In this document: positions 8,547 to 18,130 of the stretch, one piece after another
How positions within the stretch are numbered: the first letter of the stretch is position 1
Layout of the letters: every line of letters starts with the position of its first letter
From: an uncultured Planctomycetales bacterium
Lineage (GTDB): Bacteria; Omnitrophota; Gorgyraeia; Gygaellales; Profunditerraquicolaceae
Length of the DNA: 64,000 nucleotides
NCBI GenBank assembly: GCA_964579435.1
Contig: CAZOGI010000011.1
Location: forward strand, 18,655 to 82,654
Direction: 5' to 3'
Notes under the pieces: model-generated
What the model saw: the letters and a program-made list of their open reading frames with translations, nothing else
Told to the model about the DNA's origin: nothing
Databases searched by the model: none
Made by a program: the position numbers and the translations under genes

Positions 8547-10645
8547 ATCCGCCGGCGCGCATCGATGATCAGGTGCGATTTCTTAAGGGTATCGGCCCGC
8601 AGCGCTCGCTCGCGCTGCAGAAGGCCGGGATCGAGACGGTTGAGGACCTCCTGTATTATTTACCGCGCCGCTACGAAGACCGCCGCAGCTTCACCCCGAT
8701 CTCCCGGCTTTGTCCGGATCAGGAGCAGACCGTGCGCGCCAGCGTCCTGGCGGCAGGGCAGCGTCGCTCGCGGCGGCGTGCGAATTTTTCGATCCTGGAG
8801 GTGGCGGTCGGCGACGAGTCTGGCAAGGTCAGCTGCGTGTGGTTCAACCAGCCGTACCTGAAAGCATATTTTAAGGTGGGACGAAGCCTGATCCTGCACG
8901 GCAAGCTCGAGCGCTACGGCAGCCGGCTTCAATTCACGGCGCCCGAATTCGAGTTCGACGATGGGGCTGAGGCCGATTCGCTCAACGTCGGCAGGATCGT
9001 TCCTGTTTATCGCCTCATGGGGGCGATCGGTCAGCGCAGCTTGCGCCGGGTCATGAAGCAGGCGGCCGAACGGTACGCGCATCTGCTTCCGGAGATCCTC
9101 GATCTTTCCCTGCGGCAGCGGCTCGATCTGATCAACCGGACCCAAGCGGTCCTGCAGATCCATTTTCCCGATACCCCCGAGCTGCAGCAACAGGCATACC
9201 GCCGGCTTTCGTTCGAGGAGTTTTTCCTGTTTCAGATCCCCCTGGCGATCCGCAAAATTCGCAAGAAAAAAACCGCGGGGATCAGCCACCGGCCTGCCGG
9301 GGCGCTCTCCCGGGATTTCCTGAAGAAACTTCCCTTTGCATTGACCGCTTCCCAGCAGAAGGTCGTTGCCGAGATCACGCAGGACCTTGCCGCTCCTTAT
9401 CCGATGCAGCGGCTTTTGCAGGGTGATGTCGGCTCAGGAAAGACCGTCTGTTCGACCCTGGCGGCATTGATGGTGCTGGAAGGCGGCTATCAGGTCGCGT
9501 TCATGGTGCCGACGGAGGTCCTGGCGCAGCAGCATTACAGCCGGATACTCGGGCAGCTGGGTGAATTGGGCGCGGAGCACGCGGCGCTCTGCAGGATGGG
9601 ACTTTTGACCAGCGGCCTGGAGCGCGCACCCAAAGAGCGGCTCTTGGGCTCGATCGCCGAAGGAAAAATCCGGCTGGTCATCGGCACCCACGCGCTCCTG
9701 CAGGAATCGGTCAAATTCAGGAACCTGGGGCTCGTTATTATCGACGAGCAGCATAAATTCGGCGTCGGTCAGCGCGCGCTCCTTCCTGCCAAAGGCAATA
9801 ATCCCGATGTCCTGATCATGACCGCCACCCCGATCCCCCGGACGCTGGCGATAACCCTCTACGGTGATCTGGATGTTTCGGTGATCACCGAGATGCCCGC
9901 GGGCCGTCAACCGATCGCCACGCGCAGCTTCAGTTTCGAGCAGGAGCCTTTCGTCTACGCATCGCTCCTTGCCCAGGTGCGCGCGGGGCGGCAGGCCTTC
10001 GTAGTACTGCCGGTCATCGAGGATTCCGAGGCGCTTGCCCTGGCCGGCGCCAAACGGCGCTTCGAGGAATTGAAAGCCGGATCGCTTCGGGGGCTGCGTC
10101 TGGGGCTGCTGCACGGTCAGCTCGCCTCAGCCCAGCAGGCTCAGCTTATCGAGCGCTTCAAGGGCGGCGATATCGACGTTCTCGTGGCCACGACCATACT
10201 GGAGGTCGGCATCGATATTCCCCGTGCCACCTGCATCGTTATCGAGCATGCGGACCGTTTCGGCCTGGCGCAATTGCATCAGCTGCGCGGACGGGTCGGC
10301 AGGGGGGACGCCGCTTCCGAATGTCTCCTCGTGAGCGACGCCCAAACCCCTCAGGCCCAGGCGCGCCTGCAGGCATTGGTCAATTCCTGCGACGGGTTCC
10401 GTATCGCCGAAGAGGATCTGCGTATCAGGGGGCCGGGTGAGTTTTTCGGCAGCCGCCAGCACGGGGTCGTGCCGATGCGCATCGGCGATCCCCTGACCCA
10501 GATGCGCCTGTTGAAAGCGGCGCGCGAAGAAGCGCTGCGCCTGGTGGGGGCTGATCCGCTCCTGTCGGTTGCGGCGCACGCCGGCATCAGGCGTCTTCTC
10601 CTGCGCCGTTTCCCGGAATACGAAAAGACACTTTCCATCGGATGA
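8543..10645 (+). CDS. recG: ATP-dependent DNA helicase RecG
   Basis: Wedge domain, GDVGSGKT Walker A, DEQHKFGV. 700 aa. Confidence 0.95.
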   Translation: MNPPARIDDQVRFLKGIGPQRSLALQKAGIETVEDLLYYLPRRYEDRRSFTPISRLCPDQEQTVRASVLAAGQRRSRRRANFSILEVAVGDESGKVSCVWFNQPYLKAYFKVGRSLILHGKLERYGSRLQFTAPEFEFDDGAEADSLNVGRIVPVYRLMGAIGQRSLRRVMKQAAERYAHLLPEILDLSLRQRLDLINRTQAVLQIHFPDTPELQQQAYRRLSFEEFFLFQIPLAIRKIRKKKTAGISHRPAGALSRDFLKKLPFALTASQQKVVAEITQDLAAPYPMQRLLQGDVGSGKTVCSTLAALMVLEGGYQVAFMVPTEVLAQQHYSRILGQLGELGAEHAALCRMGLLTSGLERAPKERLLGSIAEGKIRLVIGTHALLQESVKFRNLGLVIIDEQHKFGVGQRALLPAKGNNPDVLIMTATPIPRTLAITLYGDLDVSVITEMPAGRQPIATRSFSFEQEPFVYASLLAQVRAGRQAFVVLPVIEDSEALALAGAKRRFEELKAGSLRGLRLGLLHGQLASAQQAQLIERFKGGDIDVLVATTILEVGIDIPRATCIVIEHADRFGLAQLHQLRGRVGRGDAASECLLVSDAQTPQAQARLQALVNSCDGFRIAEEDLRIRGPGEFFGSRQHGVVPMRIGDPLTQMRLLKAAREEALRLVGADPLLSVAAHAGIRRLLLRRFPEYEKTLSIG

Positions 10646-12231
10646 AGCCCTTCCTGTCCCTGAGCGTCCTGTTTTGGCTTCTTGCCGCGGCGGCGAATCC
10701 GTTCTGGGCCGGGTGGGCGTTTTTCACCGACGGGAAAATCGATTCCCCGCGGGGCTTGGCGCTGGTGCTCGCCGTTCAGGCGCTTTTGGGCGGGGCGGGT
10801 TTATTCTGGCTCCGGAGATCGGTTCCCGAAGGAGCGCGCGCGGCGGCCGCGCGGGCAACCTGGATCGTTTTTACCGCTGCCTTTTTCTTCGCTGCCGGCG
10901 GACTGGAGGTGCTCTTGTCCGACCGGTTTTCGTCTGCCGCAGAGATCCGCCCCGCAGGGTGCCTCGTTGCGGTTCTTGCCCTGTGTGTCGCGGTGAGTAC
11001 TGCGCTGTGTTTGCGCCTCGGCAAAAAAAAAGCCTTTTTCACCGGGGCGGCGTCAGTCCTTTTCGGCTGTACGGCTCTCATTCTGGCCGATGTTCTTGTT
11101 TCGTTCTTTGTTCCGCCCTGGCCGGCGCGGGTCCTGCACGGGCTTAAGCCGCGCGATGTCCCGCGGGTCTGGGGGTACCGCACCTTCGAGCAGTATAATA
11201 CCGATTTCAATTCCTGGGGGCAGCGCGACCGGGAACGCAGTGTCGTCCCCGGCTCAGGGGCGTACCGGATCGTCCTGATAGGGGATTCATTTCTCGAGCA
11301 GGGAGCTCGCCGGTCCTTAAGCGTGGCGCTGGAGCGCCAGGTGCACGACAAGGGGATAGAATTCGTCAATCTGGGCGTCTCGGCGACCGGCCCCGACGAT
11401 TACTATTACCGGCTCAAAGAGGTTGCGCTGCGGCTGCAACCGAAGGAATGCTGGGTGTTTTTGTTCTGCGGCAACGATTTTTCGTTAAGCGATCCAACCC
11501 TGCCGAATTCTTTCCTCGGCATCGTCTCGGTTGCGCCGCGCGGTTCTTTCCTGCAGGCGCTGCGGTTGCCACACCTGAATTTCCTTTTGGCTCCCCGGTC
11601 CCGGCGTTTCGATGAGATATTCGGCGCCCGCAGCCTTTTTGCTTCAGAGAAAAGGTTTTTCGATCGCCTCAGGAGCGCTCCTGACGAAGAAATGCCCGAG
11701 CTCTTGTCTGCGGTGCGCCCGGCGCAGGAACGGCCGCATCTTCTTGAGCGGTTGCGCGCGCGCGATCTGTCCCCGTTGTATCAGGCGCTGCGTTCCCCGC
11801 GCCCACAGATGTTGCGTTCCGATCTCCTGAACCGGATATTGGCATCTTGGGGGATGGGGCATGAGCGCGTCAGATCAGAAGACGTAGAGCGCGCCATCGC
11901 CTATCTGGCGGGGATGCGGGAGACGTGTCGCCGGGCCGGGGTCTCTTTGAAGATCGTGCTCATTCCCGATCCGTTGGTAGATAAGCGGGTGCAGCGTCTC
12001 TGGAAGCCGCTTTCAAACGGCGTGGATGTTTTCAGCGGCCAGCGAAACGCATGCCGTCAGGTGAAAAGCTGGTGCCGCGGCAGCGCGGGCTGTTCCGTCG
12101 TGGATCTGGAACCGGTCCTGGCCGGACGCTACGGCATGTACGGCACGTTCGATCCCCACTGGAGCGATCGCGGGATCGATACGGTCGCCCATTTTCTCGC
12201 GTCAGGGGTAGCGCGAAAGGAGCGGCGGTGA
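10642..12231 (+). CDS. Membrane-anchored SGNH/GDSL-family hydrolase
   Basis: Four to five N-terminal TM helices, then the IVLIGDSF, GNDF and DPHWSD SGNH blocks. ATGA overlap with recG. Confidence 0.6.
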   Translation: MKPFLSLSVLFWLLAAAANPFWAGWAFFTDGKIDSPRGLALVLAVQALLGGAGLFWLRRSVPEGARAAAARATWIVFTAAFFFAAGGLEVLLSDRFSSAAEIRPAGCLVAVLALCVAVSTALCLRLGKKKAFFTGAASVLFGCTALILADVLVSFFVPPWPARVLHGLKPRDVPRVWGYRTFEQYNTDFNSWGQRDRERSVVPGSGAYRIVLIGDSFLEQGARRSLSVALERQVHDKGIEFVNLGVSATGPDDYYYRLKEVALRLQPKECWVFLFCGNDFSLSDPTLPNSFLGIVSVAPRGSFLQALRLPHLNFLLAPRSRRFDEIFGARSLFASEKRFFDRLRSAPDEEMPELLSAVRPAQERPHLLERLRARDLSPLYQALRSPRPQMLRSDLLNRILASWGMGHERVRSEDVERAIAYLAGMRETCRRAGVSLKIVLIPDPLVDKRVQRLWKPLSNGVDVFSGQRNACRQVKSWCRGSAGCSVVDLEPVLAGRYGMYGTFDPHWSDRGIDTVAHFLASGVARKERR

Positions 12232-12770
12232 GGATCACGACCGGTATCTTCAAGAACCGGCTGCTTCGCTTTCCTGCCCATATCCGCGCCACCCAGGCCA
12301 AGGTGCGCAAGGCGGTTTTCGATATCCTCGGCGGGGTGGAGGGGCTGCGTCTGCTTGAGCTCTTTGCCGGATCCGGGGCAATCGGCTTTGAGGCGCTTTC
12401 GCGGGGCGCCGCCGAAGTGGTCTTTGTGGAAAACGATCCGGCCTGCGTGAGTATCCTCAACGCCAACAGCGCGGCCTTGGGGGTGCTTTCCTGCAGCGTT
12501 GTCAGGCAGGATGCGCAGGAAGCGCTGCGGCGGTTCTCCCGGGCAGGGGGGCGGTTCGACCTTGTTTTCCTCGATCCACCGTACCGCCAGGACCTGGCAA
12601 AAAAAACCTTGCAAACGCTGAGTGAGTGTGCTATAGTTTCCCGCGATGGTTTGGTAGTCGCACAGCATCACCGGAAAGAAATTCTCCCAGACGCGCTGGG
12701 AGATTTGCATTTATTGAGGAGCTTCAGCTACGGCGATACGGTTTTATCGGTGTATCGCTGTGATCAGTAA
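12228..12770 (+). CDS. rsmD: 16S rRNA (guanine966-N2)-methyltransferase RsmD
   Basis: GTG start overlapping the upstream stop. LELFAGSGAIGFEALSRGA and FLDPPY motifs. Confidence 0.85.
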   Translation: MRITTGIFKNRLLRFPAHIRATQAKVRKAVFDILGGVEGLRLLELFAGSGAIGFEALSRGAAEVVFVENDPACVSILNANSAALGVLSCSVVRQDAQEALRRFSRAGGRFDLVFLDPPYRQDLAKKTLQTLSECAIVSRDGLVVAQHHRKEILPDALGDLHLLRSFSYGDTVLSVYRCDQ

Positions 12771-12808
12771 GATCGTCGGGAGACATCAGACAAAGGCGCC
12801 AGGGGCAA

Positions 12809-12881
12809 GGTAAGGGTTGGTTTTGCTTCTACTGGTGTCAGGTGTCCTGTGTCTTGTGTCTAACCCTGATCCGTTACCCGG
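12809..12881 (-). repeat. GACAC-heptad palindromic intergenic repeat element, copy a (reverse orientation)
   Basis: The core ctggtgtcaggtgtcctgtgtcttgtgtc is the reverse complement of GACACAAGACACAGGACACCTGACACCAG. Flanked by GGTAAC-like arms. Confidence 0.6.
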
Positions 12882-12889
12882 AGGTCCGC

Positions 12890-13375
12890 ATGTGCCAGGC
12901 AGCGATCTATCCAGGGACGTTCGATCCGGTCACGTACGGACATCTCGATCTCATCAGGCGCGCGGTGGGGGTATTCGGGGAGGTGACGGTCGCGGTCGCC
13001 GCCAATCCGCACAAGAAACCGCTCTTTAGCATGCAGGAGCGGGTTAAACTCCTGCAGCGCTCAACCGCGGATTTCCCCGGGGTGACGGTGGAGTCGTTCC
13101 ACGGGTTGGTCGTCGATTACGCGCACCGCAAAAAAGCGAAGGTCCTTATACGCGGCCTGCGGATGCTCTCCGATTTCGAGTATGAATTCCAGATGGCGCT
13201 GACGAACCGTAAATTCAATCCCGAAGTCGAAACCATTTTCCTGATGCCTCAGGATTGTTACAGCTATCTCTCCAGCAAGCTGCTGCGCGAAGCAGTCTCT
13301 TTGGGGGCAGATGTCTCTTTCTTCGTTCCTGATTTCGTTCAGGCCGCGCTCAAAAAGAAAATCGGCAACCGTTAG
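12890..13375 (+). CDS. coaD: Phosphopantetheine adenylyltransferase
   Basis: MCQAAIYPGTFDPVTYGHLD nucleotidyltransferase motif. Confidence 0.9.
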   Translation: MCQAAIYPGTFDPVTYGHLDLIRRAVGVFGEVTVAVAANPHKKPLFSMQERVKLLQRSTADFPGVTVESFHGLVVDYAHRKKAKVLIRGLRMLSDFEYEFQMALTNRKFNPEVETIFLMPQDCYSYLSSKLLREAVSLGADVSFFVPDFVQAALKKKIGNR

Positions 13376-13402
13376 CGGGCAGGCAGGTATGCCTGGTCGC
13401 AG

Positions 13403-13840
13403 TTGAGGATTCCGGTCGCGCAGGTGCCGGCCGAGGGGATCCGGATGGCAGCCGTTCTTGATCCGGCGGATCTGGATGTCGCAATCGGGGGAGGGTCTCT
13501 CTGCGGCCCGGTTACGGTTGCGGCGACGGTGAGCCGCATCACCAATGCCCTGACCGTCGTGATGACGCTGCAGGGGTCCCTTCGGGTGCAGTGCGGCCGT
13601 TGCCTGAGAGAAATCATTCGCGATTTTCAAGGAGAGGCGCGGTTCAGCTATCAGATGGATCCGGGCACCCGGGAGATAGATCTGGTCCCGGAGATCCGCG
13701 AAGAGATCCTGGCGCAGTATCCGCTGAAGCCCTTGTGCGATCCCGCGTGCAAAGGGTTGTGCGGGGGCTGCGGGAAAAACCTCAATACCGGCGCCTGCGC
13801 CTGCACGGCTCAGGCAGGACACAACAGCATGAGATCGTAG
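13403..13840 (+). CDS. yceD: YceD/DUF177 family protein (23S rRNA accumulation); start uncertain (TTG 13403 or ATG 13445)
   Basis: C-terminal CxxC...CxxC cluster typical of DUF177. Conserved position upstream of rpmF. Confidence 0.6.
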   Translation: MRIPVAQVPAEGIRMAAVLDPADLDVAIGGGSLCGPVTVAATVSRITNALTVVMTLQGSLRVQCGRCLREIIRDFQGEARFSYQMDPGTREIDLVPEIREEILAQYPLKPLCDPACKGLCGGCGKNLNTGACACTAQAGHNSMRS

Positions 13841-13857
13841 AAAGGAGCGCGGAACAC

Positions 13858-14058
13858 GTGCCATTACCAAAACGAAGACATTCCAAGGCGCGCGGCAGAA
13901 GGCGCCGTACCCACTGGACACTGACGGGCGTTTCGCTCACCCCCTGTCCGCAGTGCAAGCAGCAGAAGGCGCCGCACCGCGTCTGCCCGGTGTGCGGTTT
14001 TTATGGCGGCCGGCAGGCGATGGAAGTGACGGTCCGCGAGAAAAAACCAAAACGCTGA
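13858..14058 (+). CDS. rpmF: 50S ribosomal protein L32
   Basis: GTG start. VPLPKRRHSKARGRRRRTHW, then CxxC...CxxC. Confidence 0.85.
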   Translation: MPLPKRRHSKARGRRRRTHWTLTGVSLTPCPQCKQQKAPHRVCPVCGFYGGRQAMEVTVREKKPKR

Positions 14059-14083
14059 TAATCCGAGGAGCCAAGAGACGCAT

Positions 14084-15091
14084 ATGAAGATCGTGGTCGA
14101 TGCGATGGGGGGGGATCATGCCCCGGAGGTCGTCATTGAAGGCGCGATCGCCGCGGTGAAGGAGTATGATCTGGAGGTCGTCCTTGTCGGCGATGCCGAA
14201 GGGGTGCACGAGCTCCTGCGCCGGCACCGGTGCACGGACCGGCGCATCAGCGTTCATCCGGCGCTTGAGGTCATCGGGATGGGAGAGCCTGCAGCCGCCA
14301 GCGTGCGCAAGAAGCGGCGTTCTTCGATCGTGGTGGGGGTCAGCCTGGTGAAGGCGGGGGAAGGGCAGGCGTTTGTCTCTGCCGGCAATACCGGGGCGGT
14401 CGTGTGTGCCGCGACCCTGGGGCTGGGCCTTCTGCCGGGCGTCGAGCGGCCGGGGATCGCGGTCGTTGCCCCCTCGTTGGACGGTATCTCCCTGATCATG
14501 GACGTCGGCGCCAACATCGATCCCAAGCCGATGCAGCTGTTGCAGTACGGCATCATGGCCGACGCCTACTGCCGCACTATCCTGGGAAAGCCTTCTCCTT
14601 CGGTAGCACTCCTGAATATCGGTGAGGAGGAGAAGAAAGGCACGGAGTTCCTCAAGGAGACGTATGAGTTACTCGAGAAAAGCGGGCTTAATTTCATCGG
14701 TAACGTCGAAGGCAAGGATCTTTTTTCCGGGAAGAGCGATATCATCCTCTGTGACGGTTTCGTCGGCAACGTCGCCCTGAAGGTCTCCGAGAGCGCGGCC
14801 GAGGCGATGCAGACCTTTTTGAAGCGGCACCTGTTGGGGCATTTCCTGGGCCGCATCGGGATCCTCTTCATGCTTCCCAGCCTCAAACGGTTCAAGAAAG
14901 AGCTCGATTATTCGGAGTACGGCGGCGCGCCCCTTTTGGGCGTCAACGGCGTCGTGATCATCAGCCACGGCCGCTCCAACGCCAAGGCGATCAAGAACGC
15001 CATCCGCGTCGCCAAGGAAGAGGTTGAGCGTAAATTCAACGAGAGTATTATCGAGGCGGTTTCCCGCACGCCGGGAGCGCATGCCTCATGA
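14084..15091 (+). CDS. plsX: Phosphate acyltransferase PlsX
   Basis: MKIVVDAMGGDHAP... sequence with full-length similarity. Confidence 0.95.
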   Translation: MKIVVDAMGGDHAPEVVIEGAIAAVKEYDLEVVLVGDAEGVHELLRRHRCTDRRISVHPALEVIGMGEPAAASVRKKRRSSIVVGVSLVKAGEGQAFVSAGNTGAVVCAATLGLGLLPGVERPGIAVVAPSLDGISLIMDVGANIDPKPMQLLQYGIMADAYCRTILGKPSPSVALLNIGEEEKKGTEFLKETYELLEKSGLNFIGNVEGKDLFSGKSDIILCDGFVGNVALKVSESAAEAMQTFLKRHLLGHFLGRIGILFMLPSLKRFKKELDYSEYGGAPLLGVNGVVIISHGRSNAKAIKNAIRVAKEEVERKFNESIIEAVSRTPGAHAS

Positions 15092-16065
15092 AAAAGGTCG
15101 GTATTGTCGGAGTCGGCGAGTATCTGCCGAAGCGGGTCTTGACCAACGCGGACCTGGAGAAGATGGTCGATACGTCCGATGAATGGATCACGACCCGCAC
15201 CGGCATCAAGCAGCGGCGCCTGGCGGCGGCCGGCGAGGCGGCTTCCGACCTGGCGGTGAAAGCCGCTCAGGACGCGCTGGCCGATGCCGACATCGCTGCC
15301 GGGTCGCTCGATCTGATCATCGTCGCCACGATCACCGGGGATATGCCGTTTCCCTCGAGCGCCTGTCTGGTGCAGCAGGCGCTGGGTGCGGAAAAGGCCG
15401 TTGCCTTCGACGTCGCGGCGGCCTGCGCCGGGTTCGTCTATGCCCTGACCGTCGCTCAGCAGTTCATCGCCACGGGGTGTTTCAAGAACGCACTGGTGAT
15501 CGGCACCGAGGTTCTGTCTTCGATCACCGATTGGCAGGACCGCAATACCTGCGTCTTGTTCGGTGATGGGGCAGGGGCGGCGGTTCTGGCGGCGGTTGAG
15601 TCGGGGGGGATCCGGTCTTCCTACCTGGGCAGCGACGGCAGGCTCAGCGATCTTTTGATGGTCCCTGCCGGGGGCTCGCGCTTGCCCGCCAGTGCCCAGA
15701 CGGTCCAGGAGCGGCAGCATTATATCAAGATGCGCGGCAACGAGCTTTTCAAGGTGGCGGTCAATGCCATGGCAGAAGCTGCGCAGGCTGCCGTGCGCAG
15801 GGCGAAACTGGAGTGCGCGGACATAGATCTGGTTATCCCGCATCAGGCGAATATCCGCATCATCATGGCCGTGGCCAAGAAGCTGGGCCTGGCTCCCGAA
15901 AAGATCTATCTGAATATCGAACGTTACGGCAATATCTCTTCGGCTTCAACCGCCACCGCGTTATGCGAAGCGGTCCGCGAGGGCAGGGTCAAGAAGGGCG
16001 ACAACGTCCTGCTCGTGGCCTTCGGCGCCGGGCTTGTCTGGGGAGCGTGCGTCATCCAATGGTAA
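15088..16065 (+). CDS. fabH: 3-oxoacyl-ACP synthase III
   Basis: ATGA overlap with plsX. AACAGF active-site Cys, and His/Asn motifs. Confidence 0.95.
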   Translation: MKKVGIVGVGEYLPKRVLTNADLEKMVDTSDEWITTRTGIKQRRLAAAGEAASDLAVKAAQDALADADIAAGSLDLIIVATITGDMPFPSSACLVQQALGAEKAVAFDVAAACAGFVYALTVAQQFIATGCFKNALVIGTEVLSSITDWQDRNTCVLFGDGAGAAVLAAVESGGIRSSYLGSDGRLSDLLMVPAGGSRLPASAQTVQERQHYIKMRGNELFKVAVNAMAEAAQAAVRRAKLECADIDLVIPHQANIRIIMAVAKKLGLAPEKIYLNIERYGNISSASTATALCEAVREGRVKKGDNVLLVAFGAGLVWGACVIQW

Positions 16066-17009
16066 CGCGGCGGGGCTACCTTTTTGCGGGCCAGGGCAGC
16101 CAGTATGTCGGCATGGGCAAGGACCTTTTCGGGGCTTTTGCGCAGAGCCGCGCGATTTTCGAGCGTGCCGATGCGGCGCTGGGATTTAGCCTCTCCCGGC
16201 TGTGCTTTGAGGGGCCGCTGGAAGAGCTGGCCAAGACGAGCAATTCCCAGCCGGCGATCGTGACGGTCAGTATCGCCGCGTTCGAGGCGTTACGGGCCTC
16301 CTTCCCCCACGAAACAGCCGCGGCGGTGGCGGGCCTGAGCCTCGGGGAATACGCTGCGTTAACAGCCGCGGGTGTCCTTTCGTTCGAGGAGGCGGTGGTC
16401 CTGGTGCGCAAACGCGGCCTCTTTATGGAGGAGGCTGCGAGCGCGCGGCCGGGCAAGATGCTTTCGGTCATCGGGATGGAGACGGAAACGGTGCGTGCCG
16501 TCTGCGCCGAGGCCGGCTGCGAGGTGGCCAATTATAATTGTCCCGGGCAGGTCGTGGTTTCGGGCAGTCCCGAAGCGGTTTCCCGGGTCAGGGAGCGCGC
16601 TCTGGCGGCAGGGGCGAAGATGGCGGTTGAACTGCAGGTGAGCGGTGCTTTCCACTCTTCCTTCATGCAGAGTGCCTCCGAGCGCCTGGCGCAGGAATTG
16701 GGGCCGCTCTGCTTTAAAGAGCCTCTGGTTCCGGTTGTCTGCAACGTGACCGCATGTCCCGCCGGGTCCGTTGACGAGATCAAGCGCAATCTTATCCGTC
16801 AGGTCTCTTCGAGCGTGCTTTGGGAGGATTCGATGCGTTTTCTCCTGGGGCAGGGGATACGCTCGTATCTTGAATTCGGGCCGGGCAAGGTTTTACGCGG
16901 ACTGATGCGCCGGATCGATCCGGAGGCGGCGGTGCGTACCGTTGAGAACGCCCAGGATATCCGCCGTTTGCAGGAAGAAGGGATGTCTGTCCCAAAGGAG
17001 GGGGTATGA
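16059..17009 (+). CDS. fabD: Malonyl-CoA:ACP transacylase
   Basis: LFAGQGSQYVGMG, GLSLGEY active-site Ser. Confidence 0.95.
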   Translation: MVTRRGYLFAGQGSQYVGMGKDLFGAFAQSRAIFERADAALGFSLSRLCFEGPLEELAKTSNSQPAIVTVSIAAFEALRASFPHETAAAVAGLSLGEYAALTAAGVLSFEEAVVLVRKRGLFMEEAASARPGKMLSVIGMETETVRAVCAEAGCEVANYNCPGQVVVSGSPEAVSRVRERALAAGAKMAVELQVSGAFHSSFMQSASERLAQELGPLCFKEPLVPVVCNVTACPAGSVDEIKRNLIRQVSSSVLWEDSMRFLLGQGIRSYLEFGPGKVLRGLMRRIDPEAAVRTVENAQDIRRLQEEGMSVPKEGV

Positions 17010-17749
17010 GATTGAAAGATACCGTTGCCCTGGTGACCGGATCGGCCCAGGGGATCGGCCGGGAGATCGCCTTGGCCTTTGCGCGCGAAGGGTCGGATAT
17101 CGTCATTACCGACATTAATCTGGAGAAGGCGCAGAGTACCAGCGGGGAGATCGAGGCTTTGGGGCGGCGTTCGCTTGCGCTTCAGATGAATGTCGCTCTG
17201 CCGCAAAGCGTTGACGAATGCCTCAACAAAATTCTTGACAAATGGGGAAAGGTTGATATATTAGTTAACAATGCGGGCATCACCCGGGACGGTTTGCTGC
17301 TGCGCATGAGCGAGGCAGACTGGGATGCGGTGGTGGACGTCAACCTCAAGGGGACGTTCAACTGCACCAAAGCGGTTTCCAAGGTGATGATCAAGCAGCG
17401 AAGCGGCCGTATCATCAACATCGCTTCGATCATCGGCGTGATCGGCAACGCGGGGCAGGCGAATTACTCAGCCTCAAAAGCCGGAATCATCGCTCTTACC
17501 AAAACAGCGGCAAAAGAACTCGCCAGCCGCGCTATTACGGTGAACGCCGTTGCCCCGGGGTTCATCCAGACCGACATGACTGCCAGGCTCTCCGATGAGC
17601 TGAAACAGAAGATGCTGGCAAGCATTCCGATGAACAAGCTGGGCACGCCTGCGGATGTCGCGGGCGCATGTCTTTTCTTTGCCGGTCCCGAGGCAGCATA
17701 TATAACCGGACAGACCCTCATAGTAGACGGCGGAATGGTTATGGTATAG
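17006..17749 (+). CDS. fabG: 3-oxoacyl-ACP reductase
   Basis: TGSAQGIGREIA, NNAGITRD, YSASKAG. Confidence 0.95.
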   Translation: MRLKDTVALVTGSAQGIGREIALAFAREGSDIVITDINLEKAQSTSGEIEALGRRSLALQMNVALPQSVDECLNKILDKWGKVDILVNNAGITRDGLLLRMSEADWDAVVDVNLKGTFNCTKAVSKVMIKQRSGRIINIASIIGVIGNAGQANYSASKAGIIALTKTAAKELASRAITVNAVAPGFIQTDMTARLSDELKQKMLASIPMNKLGTPADVAGACLFFAGPEAAYITGQTLIVDGGMVMV

Positions 17750-17792
17750 GGCCGGTCGCCGCAAGCCAAACGTAACATAAAGGAGGAACAGA

Positions 17793-18032
17793 ATGGCGGT
17801 ACAGGATAAGGTGAAGTCGATCATCGCCGAACAGCTGGGCGTGAAGGCCGAAGAGGTTACTCCCGAAGCTTCGTTTATCGATGATTTGGGCGCGGATTCC
17901 CTGGACACCGTTGAGCTGGTCATGGCGTTGGAAGAAGAGTTCGGCATTGAGATCCCCGATGAGGACGCCGAGAAGATCACGACCGTCGGCGATGCCGTCA
18001 AGTATATCGAGGAAAAAACCGCCAATAAATAA
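17793..18032 (+). CDS. acpP: Acyl carrier protein
   Basis: [20 protein letters not shown]. Confidence 0.95.
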   Translation: MAVQDKVKSIIAEQLGVKAEEVTPEASFIDDLGADSLDTVELVMALEEEFGIEIPDEDAEKITTVGDAVKYIEEKTANK

Positions 18033-18096
18033 AGCGTGACGCTTCCCTTTTTTGAATAAAAAGTACCCCGCCGTTGTCCGTGGCGGGGTAACTTTT
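18033..18096 (+). terminator. Intrinsic terminator or attenuator downstream of acpP
   Basis: AGCGTGACGCT hairpin followed by a T6 run, then CCCCGCC-N9-GGCGGGG (18066-18088) followed by TAACTTTT. Confidence 0.5.
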
Positions 18097-18130
18097 AGTG
18101 GCTCGGATGCAGGAGGTTGACCGTACGACT

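Noticed and set aside
12817-13029. 70-aa + strand ORF over the rsmD-coaD spacer
   Set aside because: It is the GACAC repeat element read as protein. It overlaps the true coaD start and is Arg/Gly-rich.
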